From Spirochaetia bacterium (GTDB lineage Bacteria; Spirochaetota; Spirochaetia; CADAEX01), in assembly GCA_963662795.1 (NCBI GenBank), contig OY759746.1:352001-416000 (forward strand): a stretch of DNA of 64,000 bases, written 5' to 3'. Shown piece after piece: positions 29,831-40,366 of this stretch. Both the position numbers and the translations under genes were made by a program. Under the pieces are notes generated by a model. That model was not told the origin of the DNA, did no database searches, and was given only the letters and a program-made list of their open reading frames with translations. Numbering within the stretch: position 1 is the first letter of the stretch; every line of letters begins with the position of its first letter.

Positions 29831-29899
29831 GACCCCGGTATTGACATAATTTCACCGGTGATGAGGCTTATCATAAAAAAACATTTTATCCGAAAATGA

Positions 29900-30484
29900 T
29901 TATTTTCTTCCCCTTATCATCTTCCTGCAGGCCTGTATAAAGCCGTTTATATCTGATGGTGTTAAGATGTACTGTTTTCCATCTTTTTTCGTCAGCAGTA
30001 TAAACTGGTCCGTTATCTGAGCGTTCCTGCCTGTACTCCTTTTACTGCGGGCCCCCGGTTTTAATTCTGAAATATTTACAGGAAGGGAACTGTGCCCAAT
30101 CAGCCGGCCAAGCTCAATCTGCAGGGAGACCCCGCCAGCTTTGTTCTGCCCGGATGCCCCTTTCCCGTTTTTTATCCCGGCAATTATTTTACCGATTCCC
30201 TCAAGGGTTATCTCTTTGACTGAATCTATGTTTTCAAGTGCTATAAAGTACTTTTTGAAAGTCCTTTTGATTCTTAAGCCGTAATCACCTACGGTATATG
30301 ACCATCCGAACCTTCCAGTTTCGAAAACAAAAAAAAGCAGAAGAAGTATTGATGCACCGGTCATGGCAAACCCTGCTTTTATACCGGCAAAGATAAATAT
30401 CCAGACATTGAAAATTATAAAGGCAGATGACAATATCAATATTGCCCTGCCGGATTTTCTGCTCCTCTGCGGTTTAAACTCCAT
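29900..30484 (-). CDS. Membrane protein with bacterial PH-like domain
   Basis: Two N-terminal TM helices, then beta-rich region ending YILTPSD..GF. Confidence 0.6.
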   Translation of the reverse strand: MEFKPQRSRKSGRAILILSSAFIIFNVWIFIFAGIKAGFAMTGASILLLLFFVFETGRFGWSYTVGDYGLRIKRTFKKYFIALENIDSVKEITLEGIGKIIAGIKNGKGASGQNKAGGVSLQIELGRLIGHSSLPVNISELKPGARSKRSTGRNAQITDQFILLTKKDGKQYILTPSDINGFIQACRKMIRGRK

Positions 30485-30610
30485 GTGTCCCTCCCCGGTT
30501 TATCAGACGTCCTGCAGCATGAATTTGCATTATTATATATCATAAAGCGACGAGTTAAAATCAATATTTTCCATTGACTCCGGTATAGAAAGAAAGGAGA
30601 AAGAGTTCTT

Positions 30611-30835
30611 CTATCTTCTGCGCAGCGGCCGCAGCAGGCCTTCAAGGCCGTTAAGCTTTATCTCAAGGATGGATTCAAGCTGTCTGCCGAGAATACCTTC
30701 TGGAAAGCCCTTCCCTTTAAACCAGAGAAGATAGGGTTCAGGCAGATCTGCCAGGTATGAACCTGAATATTTGCCGAAAGGCATTTTTGCGTTTGCGAGT
30801 TCAAGAAGAAACTGTGAGTTATCAAAGGTATCCAT
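30611..30835 (-). CDS. DUF3820 family protein
   Basis: MPFGKY.G..LADLPEPYLLWF...EIKLNGLE. Confidence 0.85.
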   Translation of the reverse strand: MDTFDNSQFLLELANAKMPFGKYSGSYLADLPEPYLLWFKGKGFPEGILGRQLESILEIKLNGLEGLLRPLRRR

Positions 30836-30996
30836 AAACAGGAATATATCACAATACAGAACCGAATAACATGAAATTAATATGGCAGCATAATATAGTG
30901 AATTGAATTTATAATCATTCATGATGATAAATTTATGTTTAATATTGTGAATATGTAGTAAAATATTATGTGTGCTGTAACGGAGAATAAACAGAA

Positions 30997-32061
30997 ATGG
31001 AATACGACCTGAATGTCGTTCTTAAGAGGAGCGAATTATTTTCTCAGTTAAAAGAGGGTTCGATTGACCTGATAAACCGCCATTTTAAAAAGGTAACATT
31101 CAATGCGGGACAGATTATATGCAGGGAAGGCGACGATGGAGACAGCATGTTCGTCATCCTCAGTGGGAAAGTGTCTGTACTCCGTAATATGGGCTGGGGA
31201 GAGAGGGAACTAGGCAGGATGGAATCCCCTGAAATATTCGGGGAGATGGCCCTGATAACGGGAGAGACACGATCGGCGACAGTTAAAGCCCTTGAAAAAA
31301 CAGAATGCCTGCAGCTTGACAACAGGAGCTTTGAAACCCTGTTGGATCAGGATTTATCATTTGCCCAGCAGGTTGCGAAGTTTATGACAAGACGCTTTTC
31401 GGCATTAACACAAAAAACCTCAGATGAATTGTTGGGCGCTTACCGGGCGCTTATGTTTGCGATCGCGGACCTTACCGATTCCCGGGACCCTGAAACCGGC
31501 GCCCATCTTGAGAGGACAAGAAATTACTGCGTGGTGCTGGCAGAAAAACTGTCCCATCATCCCCATTTTAAGGATATCATCACTCCGGGCTTTCTTGACG
31601 GAATTTACCATGTCTCTCCCCTTCACGATGTGGGAAAAATAGCTGTCCCGGACGCGATTCTGCTCAAACCGGCGAGGTTAACTTCGGAGGAATATGAGAT
31701 CATGAAACTCCATACTGTAGCCGGTGCTGATGCTTTTGAAAAAGTGCTTGAACAGTGTGATAACAAGCTCTTCCGCATGGCCCACAGGATTTGCCTGCAT
31801 CATCATGAAAAGTGGGACGGAACAGGATATCCGATGAAACTGTCGGGGGAAAATATTCCTCTTGAATCAAGGATTATGGCTTTTGCCGATGTCTATGATG
31901 CTCTATGCTCCAAACGGGTCTATAAACCTGCGATGTCGAAGGAGGAGACGCGGGAGGAAATAAGGAAATCTTCCGGTACTTTTTTCGACCCGCTTATTAC
32001 GCAGATTATGCTGGAAAATATCAGATTATTCGAGGAAATTCACGATAAATATCAGGATTAA
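30997..32061 (+). CDS. cNMP-binding HD-GYP phosphodiesterase
   Basis: FGEMAL...RSATV; ETGAH, HDVGK, HHEKWDGTGYP. Confidence 0.92.
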   Translation: MEYDLNVVLKRSELFSQLKEGSIDLINRHFKKVTFNAGQIICREGDDGDSMFVILSGKVSVLRNMGWGERELGRMESPEIFGEMALITGETRSATVKALEKTECLQLDNRSFETLLDQDLSFAQQVAKFMTRRFSALTQKTSDELLGAYRALMFAIADLTDSRDPETGAHLERTRNYCVVLAEKLSHHPHFKDIITPGFLDGIYHVSPLHDVGKIAVPDAILLKPARLTSEEYEIMKLHTVAGADAFEKVLEQCDNKLFRMAHRICLHHHEKWDGTGYPMKLSGENIPLESRIMAFADVYDALCSKRVYKPAMSKEETREEIRKSSGTFFDPLITQIMLENIRLFEEIHDKYQD

Positions 32062-32332
32062 AATAAAAATATTCTTTACTGTAAGTCTCCTGATATTGTA
32101 AAGACTGGAAATGGATAAATATTTTCTTGACAAATATTATGCAGAATTTGAAAATGACTATATTACCAACAGGAAAGCGTCATTTGCCTGTGGATTAATT
32201 ATACAGGCACGAAGAAACTCCAATCGCCCGCAAATGCGTGGCTTGTTAACTTCATGATTAGTTCGATATCAGGTATTTATCAGGAAGCTATAATTAATTA
32301 ACTTATTTATAAATAATAAAAAAATTACTGAT

Positions 32333-32680
32333 TTGTATAATTCACAGACGGAAAATCAGGTATTTTTTGACAGGAACGCCATGAAAAAGCTTTCCTTACA
32401 GGAAATCGCCTCAATTGATAATGAAAAATGCCTGATAATAAAAATTTCCATGACTAAAATATTCCTTGCCGTCAATTCACTTTCAAATCCTTTTCAGACA
32501 AACTCCGGGGAGCTGAGAACCATAAAAATGTTCAGTAAAAAATATTCATTTACATTAAACGGAACTTTTCAGAAATTCCATGAACTTAACAGGATTCCGG
32601 GGTTTTCCATAGCGGAACTGGATATCTCCTATTCCCCGTATCTGGCGAAACTGCTGTCGGCGCATCAGGAAGCGGAATGA
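32333..32680 (+). CDS. Hypothetical protein
   Basis: Only ORF in the gap, downstream of a TTGACA promoter; start uncertain. Confidence 0.4.
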   Translation: MYNSQTENQVFFDRNAMKKLSLQEIASIDNEKCLIIKISMTKIFLAVNSLSNPFQTNSGELRTIKMFSKKYSFTLNGTFQKFHELNRIPGFSIAELDISYSPYLAKLLSAHQEAE

Positions 32681-32686
32681 TAATTT

Positions 32687-33871
32687 TCAATCCTTCCCGG
32701 AAGGAGAACACCCCCTTTTTTCAAGCTTTTTTTCAAGCCTGCCCCGTCTGGTCTCAAGTTCAGGGAGATATGATCTTATCCTTATTCTTTCAAGAGAAAG
32801 AATTTCTTCAGTTATGACGAAAGCTTTTGCCGGCTCTTTTTCCCTGTGCTCATAGTGCTTTGCAAGCTCAATGCCGGCAAAAATATTCTGCCCCGCCTCC
32901 CACATCCGGCTCCAAACCAGACAGGCAGCGCTGTAGCTGCCGCATCTTTTGTAATAGAGACCAAGTTCTTTGGCAGCCTGCAGGCTTCCCTCGTCAAAAC
33001 CGGCGCAGAGTACATCAACCGCTGCCTCCGGGTGCCTCATCAGCAGCAGACCTGCCAATCCAATCCTGTCGATTTTTTTATAGCGGAGAGGATTCTCATA
33101 TATCTTCTCAAAACACGAGAGCAGACGTGCAAGGCTTATAATGTCTTCAAGATGATGTGCAGCCACCTTTTCGATTGATGAGTAAGCACCGCTTTTTATG
33201 AATTCAAAATAGAGGTCAGGCACCATGAATCCCGGCACATCAAGTGTCCTTGCCTTTCCAAGAATATTTTTTTCAATATCCCCGAGCGTGCAGCTTCCAA
33301 TCACGTTTTTCCACAGCCTCCGGGCAGGATAAAGAAGGTCAAGCTGAAAACCGAATTCCGCCCTGATACCGTTCATCGCATGACGGGTCTTAAGGATATT
33401 GGCGTCAAAACTTTTTCCGTTATATGATACATAGATTTTATCAGGGCTGATGTACCTGCCGGCAGCCTCAAGGAAAGCCGGCTCACCGGGAAAGTCTGTG
33501 AGCATAATCTGGACAGTTTTGAATTTATCCCCCTCGGTAAAACCAAAGCCGATAAGGAAAACAATGTTTCCCGCTCCTCCAGATAGTCCGGTTGTCTCGC
33601 AGTCATAAAAAACAAGACGGGATGATTCCGCCCCGCCTGCTAAAAGAAAGTCGGATATTTTATCATCAAGCGGATTATCATCAAGGCTTACCTTCTCATA
33701 AACCATGCCTGAAATCATTATCCAGCCGTTATCAAGCAGCGCCATTTCCTGGGGAGGCAGCTGTGGAAGCGGATGCGTGTCGAGGCCCCCGGCCGGGACA
33801 GGTCTTTCCCTGTTTTTTATTGAATCCAGTCTTGACCTGAGATCCGAAGGATTCATTTTTCCCCCAGCCAC
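32687..33871 (-). CDS. mrfB: YprB/MrfB-like RNase H-fold exonuclease with TPR-like tail
   Basis: DCETTGL, SYNGKSFD, DLL..ARRLW; downstream of the helicase. Confidence 0.8.
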   Translation of the reverse strand: MAGGKMNPSDLRSRLDSIKNRERPVPAGGLDTHPLPQLPPQEMALLDNGWIMISGMVYEKVSLDDNPLDDKISDFLLAGGAESSRLVFYDCETTGLSGGAGNIVFLIGFGFTEGDKFKTVQIMLTDFPGEPAFLEAAGRYISPDKIYVSYNGKSFDANILKTRHAMNGIRAEFGFQLDLLYPARRLWKNVIGSCTLGDIEKNILGKARTLDVPGFMVPDLYFEFIKSGAYSSIEKVAAHHLEDIISLARLLSCFEKIYENPLRYKKIDRIGLAGLLLMRHPEAAVDVLCAGFDEGSLQAAKELGLYYKRCGSYSAACLVWSRMWEAGQNIFAGIELAKHYEHREKEPAKAFVITEEILSLERIRIRSYLPELETRRGRLEKKLEKRGCSPSGKD

Positions 33872-36141
33872 TCTCTGAAAAAGGTGATAATCTGCTCTTT
33901 TTTATTCATCGTTACCGATGCCTCATCATCAGGCCCGATGCAGGAGGGACACCCCCCTTCACACGGGCAGCTGCTGATTCTCTCAAATGCTGCCTTTAAT
34001 ACCTCATCAGTTATCCTCGACAGCCCCTCGGCAAGCCCTGTTCCGCCCGGATAATTGTCGTATATATAGATGCAGGCTTTTCCAAGGTGGGGGTCCTTAA
34101 GGCGCTCCGCAAATCCGATATCGCTCCTGTCGCAGAGCAGAAAGACAGGAGCAACGTTTTTGATCAGGCTACCTATCCTGCCGATTACATGCTCCTTAAG
34201 CTCATCAGGTATTTTTTCAAAAGCCCCCGCGGAAGAGGTATTATCATCAAATATAAAGATAACGCTTCTTGTGTGCATCTCTTCCTCAGGAAGGGATATT
34301 TCACCGAACCCTATATTTTCATGGCTCATATACTTTATTTTTTTGAACTTTGTGACCTGCCTGCGGACAAGGACATCGCCTTCGGCAATCCTTACACCTG
34401 ATTTTAAGGCGGTTCGGTCTTCAGTCAGGAGTTTGATATCGGTTTTAACCACCGCGTCTGTGTAATAGTTTACATCCGACTGCACAACCAGACATTTTTT
34501 GTTTTCAATATCAAGTTTTTTGACTATGTACTGATCGCCCCTGTGGATGTAGACCGCATTGTCAAAAAGCATTTCCTTTGCCGACGGCCTGTCCATCTCG
34601 CCTATTACCGTATTTTTTCCGTCAGTCGTATCGATAATGACTACGTTTTCGCTTGTAGCGCTCCTAAGCGATACAGATTCGGCCGGATATGAGCGGTCTG
34701 CCCAGTAATATTTTCCCCCGGTGCGCCTCAAAACTCCCTCTTCTTCAAGATATGAGAGAAGTTCAGCTGTGCGGCTTCCGAATTCCTCCCCTTCGGCGAA
34801 AGGGAGTTCGAAAGATGCGCATTTAAGGTGGTCGAGCTGGATGTAGATGTTGTCCGGGTCTATCCAGGCGGACTCAGGGTTGCGTCCGAAGAAGTAATCC
34901 GGGTGGGCTATGACATACTGGTCGACCGGAGCGTTTGAGGCGATAAGGACAGAAACGGAGGATGAAGCTCGCCGCCCGGCACGGCCTGCCTGCTGCCAGG
35001 AGGAGGAGATGCTTCCGGGAAAACCTGCCATGATTGAGGCGTCAAGCCCGCCGATATCAATTCCAAGCTCAAGCGCGTTGGTTGAAACTACCCCCTGAAT
35101 CTCCCCGCTGCGGAGGCCTTTTTCTATCTCCCGTCTTTCCCCCGGCAGGTAACCGCCGCGGTATGCTTCGACCCTTATATGGTTATTGTCGTTATAGACG
35201 TTTTTAAGGCGCTGGTTTATATAGCCTGCGATAAGTTCTGTCCTTATTCTGGAGCGGCAGAATACTATAGTCTTTATCCCCCGCAGGAGAAATTTGAGGG
35301 CAAGGTTCTGCGATTCAAGGACTACTCCCCGCCTTATTCCCTGCACCGCGTCTACAAGCGGCGGATTGTAAAGAATAAAATGTTTTTCGCCCGAAGGAGA
35401 GCCGTTTTCACCGACAAGAACGGCATCCGTTTCAATAATTTTTTCCGTATGCTCAAGCGGGTTTCCTATTGTCGCGCTGCAGCAGATAAAGTGAGGATCA
35501 GAACCGTAAAAACGGCAGATTCTCTTAAGCCGTCTTAAAACATTAGTCACATGGGACCCGAATACACCGCGATAAATATGCACCTCATCAATAACAATGA
35601 ATTTAACATTGGATAGGAATTTTATCCATTTGGGATGGTTCGGCATTATCCCGGAATGGAGCATATCGGGGTTTGTTATGATTATTCTCCCGCCGTCCCT
35701 GGCAGAGACCCTAACCGAAGCCGGTGTATCGCCGTCGTAGGTTACTGTCCTTATGGGAAGCTCATCAGAAAGAAGGACCTCATTAAGTTCCGACTGCTGG
35801 TCCTGAGAAAGGGCCTTTGTCGGAAAAAGATAAAGCGCCCTTGCCTCAGGATTCTTGAGAAGATGATCTATTACAGGCAGATTGTAGCACAATGTTTTTC
35901 CCGAAGCCGTAGGTGTTACAACTGCCGTATTTTTCCCCTCACGGACCAGATCAAAGCAGCGCCTCTGATGGATGTAAAGCCGCTTTATCCCCCGCTCTTC
36001 ATATATCCTGCGGATTAAAGGATCAATATCTTCAGGAAAATCAGCATAAATACCTTCCCTGGCTTTTATTGTTTCCCAGTGTGTAATATTTCTTTTAAAA
36101 TCAAAATCCTCTTTCAGTGTTTTAACAAGTTCAACAGACAT
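33853..36141 (-). CDS. mrfA: YprA/MrfA-like DEAH helicase with DUF1998 Zn domain
   Basis: TASGKT, DEVH, QQAGRAGR, C.C..GCPSC. Confidence 0.85.
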   Translation of the reverse strand: MSVELVKTLKEDFDFKRNITHWETIKAREGIYADFPEDIDPLIRRIYEERGIKRLYIHQRRCFDLVREGKNTAVVTPTASGKTLCYNLPVIDHLLKNPEARALYLFPTKALSQDQQSELNEVLLSDELPIRTVTYDGDTPASVRVSARDGGRIIITNPDMLHSGIMPNHPKWIKFLSNVKFIVIDEVHIYRGVFGSHVTNVLRRLKRICRFYGSDPHFICCSATIGNPLEHTEKIIETDAVLVGENGSPSGEKHFILYNPPLVDAVQGIRRGVVLESQNLALKFLLRGIKTIVFCRSRIRTELIAGYINQRLKNVYNDNNHIRVEAYRGGYLPGERREIEKGLRSGEIQGVVSTNALELGIDIGGLDASIMAGFPGSISSSWQQAGRAGRRASSSVSVLIASNAPVDQYVIAHPDYFFGRNPESAWIDPDNIYIQLDHLKCASFELPFAEGEEFGSRTAELLSYLEEEGVLRRTGGKYYWADRSYPAESVSLRSATSENVVIIDTTDGKNTVIGEMDRPSAKEMLFDNAVYIHRGDQYIVKKLDIENKKCLVVQSDVNYYTDAVVKTDIKLLTEDRTALKSGVRIAEGDVLVRRQVTKFKKIKYMSHENIGFGEISLPEEEMHTRSVIFIFDDNTSSAGAFEKIPDELKEHVIGRIGSLIKNVAPVFLLCDRSDIGFAERLKDPHLGKACIYIYDNYPGGTGLAEGLSRITDEVLKAAFERISSCPCEGGCPSCIGPDDEASVTMNKKEQIITFFREWLGEK

Positions 36142-36338
36142 GGTGTAATATTATCATAAAACATTGCGGATGTCCTTACCGGATTTTCTTCTGACGGCAG
36201 CCAGATTAAAAAATGACTATATATGAGTGTATATTTTTATTGCCTGAACTTCATTTTTGTCAGCAGATTAAAAATTAACTATATCAGGAACCATGCCCGC
36301 GGTTTATTATTTAATAAACAGACAAGGAGAAAAGGATA

Positions 36339-37310
36339 ATGAAAATCGGACTTGATACAGAAAGCTGTCACCTGCTTTTTCACAACGGGTTGATTGATAT
36401 CTTCGGGTTTATAAGAAAAGCCGCGGAACTGGGACTGGACGGAGTAATGATAAACATAATAGGCGGAATGGACGGCGATGATGAGAGGTATATCCATCCG
36501 GAATGGGGCTGTCTTGGAGGAGCAGAACCTGAACATCTGGAAAAAGTAAAAAAGGAGCTGAAAAAATACGGGTTATACGCGGAAGTGGCAATGCGCGGAA
36601 TTGACCCGGTCCGTCTCTCTAAAGCTGTTGAAGTAACACATAAAATCGGAGCCGACCTCTTGAGAACATACTGCTGCTACGGGAAATATGACCCTGTGAA
36701 TCTTGAAAAGGCGTCTGAGAATTTCAAAAAAATAGTACCGCTGCTTAAAAAATACCGGATTAAATTCGCGATTGAAAACCATGAAGAAGAAACTTCGGAT
36801 GAAATAATAGATATAATAAAGAAAGTAGACAGCCCCTGGGTCGGGTCCCACTGTGATATCGGGAATTCAATGATGGCCTGGGAAGAACCGTCAAAGGCAC
36901 TTAATAATCTGGCCCCCTATGCCCTTACTTCACATTTCAAGGATCATATCATTATAAAAGACGGGGAAGAATATAAAGTCTGCGGCGTCCCTCTCGGTAA
37001 AGGCAATATCGATATCGATGAGTGCTTTAAAATACTATTTGAGAAATCTACTCTCACAAGGATAAATGTAGAACAGACCTATCCGTTTTTATCGGTATTT
37101 AAAAGGGAAAGAGGGACAGGCGGAGTAACTGAGATAGGGAAAGGTGCGTTCAAGGTGGAAAAACCGGTATTTGATTTTGCGGAGCACAAGCCGGACGAGT
37201 ATTATTATCCGCCGGCAGAACACCTGAAAATGATGATAGAAGAGCAGGAAAAAGGGCTTGCCGAATCTATCAAATACATAAAAAAAATCCGGGACAGGTA
37301 CTGCGGATAG
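36339..37310 (+). CDS. Sugar phosphate isomerase/epimerase (TIM barrel)
   Basis: IENH, DIGN, HFKD, LGKG.ID. Confidence 0.85.
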   Translation: MKIGLDTESCHLLFHNGLIDIFGFIRKAAELGLDGVMINIIGGMDGDDERYIHPEWGCLGGAEPEHLEKVKKELKKYGLYAEVAMRGIDPVRLSKAVEVTHKIGADLLRTYCCYGKYDPVNLEKASENFKKIVPLLKKYRIKFAIENHEEETSDEIIDIIKKVDSPWVGSHCDIGNSMMAWEEPSKALNNLAPYALTSHFKDHIIIKDGEEYKVCGVPLGKGNIDIDECFKILFEKSTLTRINVEQTYPFLSVFKRERGTGGVTEIGKGAFKVEKPVFDFAEHKPDEYYYPPAEHLKMMIEEQEKGLAESIKYIKKIRDRYCG

Positions 37311-37406
37311 ATACTGTATAGATATTTAAGTACTGCTGACAAGTACGGTGCCTAATAATAGAATATTTGCGAAAAATGAGATAATACTATAATTACTTAA
37401 AAAGTA

Positions 37407-38177
37407 TTATCTCCTGATAAGTTTATCTGTATTGCAGAGCAGAATCCCTTTAAGGCTTCCCGGACATACTGTTCCGTTTTTTTCCGTATACCCGGGAAAA
37501 TTGACAAGTTCAACAATTCCTGCGCCTGTAATTTCACCCAGCGGAGAACCGATCGGATTATGGGCATTGTCAATAATAAGAACAGGCTTAAGAGTGCTTA
37601 ATGATGCAAGCTGGCTGACTTCAAGAGGGGCCGGGCCGAAAACCGCGAGGATCTTAAATCCAAGCGCTTCTGCAAGAAGTTTATGATGAAAGTTTACAAT
37701 AACAGGCGCTCCGTATAATCCGCTTTTTTCAAGTTTTGCAACAGATGATGCGAACTCTTCTTTATATTCCCTGATAAATTGTTTTGCCCTGTCCATGGTG
37801 CCTGTTTTTTCCGCAATCGCGGTAACTGACTCCTCTACAACTCCGGGAGCATAGCCTGTATTAATCTTTAACAGCTGATCTGCCGGTTTTGGAAAACTCT
37901 CAAAAACACTCTTCATCATTATCTCGTATCCTGCATATACCAGCAGGTCGGCGTCCCTTATTTTTATTACATCAGACGGTTTAAGTTCATACTCCGGCGG
38001 GTGCGTCATACTGGAAGATGCAATCTGATCTGCTTCAGATCCTGATGCGGAAACAAAAGCGGCTGTCCAGGAATTTGTCGCGATAATTTTTCCGCCTGCC
38101 TCTGCTGATAACAAACCGGCATTCCAGCACAATAATAAAGCTGAAACAGCCAGCACATATTTAAATCTGTTTTTCAT
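37407..38177 (-). CDS. Metal ABC transporter substrate-binding protein
   Basis: Signal peptide, HPPEYELKPSD. Confidence 0.8.
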   Translation of the reverse strand: MKNRFKYVLAVSALLLCWNAGLLSAEAGGKIIATNSWTAAFVSASGSEADQIASSSMTHPPEYELKPSDVIKIRDADLLVYAGYEIMMKSVFESFPKPADQLLKINTGYAPGVVEESVTAIAEKTGTMDRAKQFIREYKEEFASSVAKLEKSGLYGAPVIVNFHHKLLAEALGFKILAVFGPAPLEVSQLASLSTLKPVLIIDNAHNPIGSPLGEITGAGIVELVNFPGYTEKNGTVCPGSLKGILLCNTDKLIRR

Positions 38178-38980
38178 TTAGAAACCCTCTTTTTAAAAAG
38201 TATTACCATTATAAAAACTGCGACAGCAGGCAATGCGACACCTGCGCTTACAGGGATATCCAGAAACAAAGAAAGAAAAAAGCCTGCGACAGAAAATAGT
38301 CCTCCAAGTATACAGGACAGGATCATGGTCTGCCTTAAACCTGATGAAAAAAATCCGGCAATAATTACCGGGAGAATTATCTGCGCGTCAAGCAGAAGCG
38401 CACCCATAAGCTGCATTGCCGAAGCAACTACAAGCGAGGTGATAAGCATTACGGCAAGTTCAAAAATATTTACCGGAACGCCGAGAGACAGTGCAATATC
38501 CCTGTCATGAAAAATCACTGTCAGATACCTGAAAAAAAGAACAGAGAAAAGGACTGTCCCCCCGCCGATAACAGAAGCGGAGATTATTGAAAATATACTC
38601 CCGGAATAAAGGTTCCCCCATAAAAGAGTCAAAGTATCTTTTGCCGGTACATTAAACCGGCTCACAACAATTGACGCTGCCGCGATGGAGGCTGCCATAA
38701 AAAACATTGTAAGAGCGCCGTAGTCTGCCTTAAGTATTCCTGAACTGCGGTTAAGTAAAACAATAAGCGCTGCATTTGTGAGAAACCCTGTTAGAGGAAG
38801 GTTCCATCCGAATGCAAGGCCAAGAGCACCTCCAAGAAGCACCCCGTGCATTAATAGATATCTTAACGGAAGTATGTTCATCCTCAGGATAAATATTCCG
38901 CTTAATGGAAAGGTAAACCCGGAGACAGCAAGAAGAATCAGCGCCCTGAATACCGGCGGATAGAAGAGCACTTCAATCAA
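38174..38980 (-). CDS. Metal ABC transporter permease (ZnuB-like)
   Basis: Hydrophobic; HG.L.G, LWG, GALL motifs. Confidence 0.85.
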   Translation of the reverse strand: MIEVLFYPPVFRALILLAVSGFTFPLSGIFILRMNILPLRYLLMHGVLLGGALGLAFGWNLPLTGFLTNAALIVLLNRSSGILKADYGALTMFFMAASIAAASIVVSRFNVPAKDTLTLLWGNLYSGSIFSIISASVIGGGTVLFSVLFFRYLTVIFHDRDIALSLGVPVNIFELAVMLITSLVVASAMQLMGALLLDAQIILPVIIAGFFSSGLRQTMILSCILGGLFSVAGFFLSLFLDIPVSAGVALPAVAVFIMVILFKKRVSK

Positions 38981-40044
38981 AGTCTGCCCTCTTTTAACTT
39001 TCTGACCGGCCAGGAGAGTTTTTCAAGCCATTCGTGATCATGAGAGACGAGAAGTACTGTGAGCATCTGACGGGACAGCACACTGTTAAGAAAATATATC
39101 AGCTCTTTTTTAGCCTCCTGATCCAGAAAGGAGGTCGGCTCATCCATCAATATCAATCCTGCTTCCTGGCAAAGGCATCTTGCAAGCGAAACCCGCTGCC
39201 TTTCGCCGCCGGAAAGTGCATAAAAATTATCATCATAAAGATGAAAACAGCCTGTCCTGCGCATTGCGATTTCAATTTTATGCTTCTTTTCAGATTCAGG
39301 TATTTTCATTCCCAGCATACCCGCGCTGACAATTTCAAATGAGGTAAGAGGGTATGCCGAAGCCTCTATTCCCTGAGTAACATAACCTACAGGGGAAGGA
39401 ATCTTTCGCATTTTTCCGATAGCCTTCCCGCCGATACTTATTTCCCCCTCAAGGACAGGCAGGGACCCGATCAGGGTTTTAAGCAGAGTAGATTTGCCTG
39501 CACCGTTATCACCGGTTATGGCCAGCTTTTCTCCTGATTCCATGGAGAGATTTAAACCGGAGAGGACATTTTTCCCGGGATACCCGGCTTTGAGGTTCCG
39601 GATTTCAAGATCAAGCCCTTTCGCAAGGCCAGAGCGCTGCTTAAGCAGACGGTATATCTGATCCCTTTCCATATCCGGCGTGATAATATCTTCCGTAAGG
39701 CAGTCAATTTTTTCGACAAGTATTGACCAGGAACAGGAAACCCCCTCTTTACTGAAAACATCCAGGGCTCCGGAGCTGACAGTGTCAATAAAGCATTTTT
39801 TAAACCCCATACCTGAAATCAGGCTGGCTGCGGCGCGCCCCGCGACCTTGTCGTGAAGAAAGAGTTCCCACGGGTTCAGCCGACTGCTGTCAAGGAATTC
39901 TTCCAGCTGAAAAAGAGGATACAGCCACTTTCCCTTATCTTCAAATATAATAATATTGTCTTCATATACCCTGAGAGAGATTCCGTCGGACAGGGTATCC
40001 CCTGCGATATCTTCCATATTTCTGTATAACAATTTATCCTGCAT
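38977..40044 (-). CDS. DUF1893-like domain fused to metal ABC ATPase
   Basis: N-terminal DKVAGRAAA; GDNGAGKST, LSGGERQR, LMDEP. Confidence 0.82.
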   Translation of the reverse strand: MQDKLLYRNMEDIAGDTLSDGISLRVYEDNIIIFEDKGKWLYPLFQLEEFLDSSRLNPWELFLHDKVAGRAAASLISGMGFKKCFIDTVSSGALDVFSKEGVSCSWSILVEKIDCLTEDIITPDMERDQIYRLLKQRSGLAKGLDLEIRNLKAGYPGKNVLSGLNLSMESGEKLAITGDNGAGKSTLLKTLIGSLPVLEGEISIGGKAIGKMRKIPSPVGYVTQGIEASAYPLTSFEIVSAGMLGMKIPESEKKHKIEIAMRRTGCFHLYDDNFYALSGGERQRVSLARCLCQEAGLILMDEPTSFLDQEAKKELIYFLNSVLSRQMLTVLLVSHDHEWLEKLSWPVRKLKEGRL

Positions 40045-40366
40045 TAATATTTAAACGTCCTTATAAGAATTTCATTATCTTTCGTGATGTCCGGCTCCTG
40101 CCGGGAGAGTCCTAATCTTATAAAGAAAAAAGAGCATTTACAACCGCTGATATTTTAAAATTTTAGGATTGATTTACTTACCTGGATAGCTGTAAAGAGC
40201 TGATCTGAGTATTAATAAAAAAATCCTGAAGACCACACATCACAAATAACTTTAACAAAGGAAACATCTGTATGATGCACTACACCATTATTAAAGATGC
40301 AATGTCAATGGATACCCAGATAAATTGTCAATATATACGGTCTCATCTTTTTTTTAAAAAATAAAT

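Noticed and set aside
40081-40115. Cobalamin riboswitch upstream of the metal ABC operon
   Set aside because: Single hairpin, no B12-box motifs.
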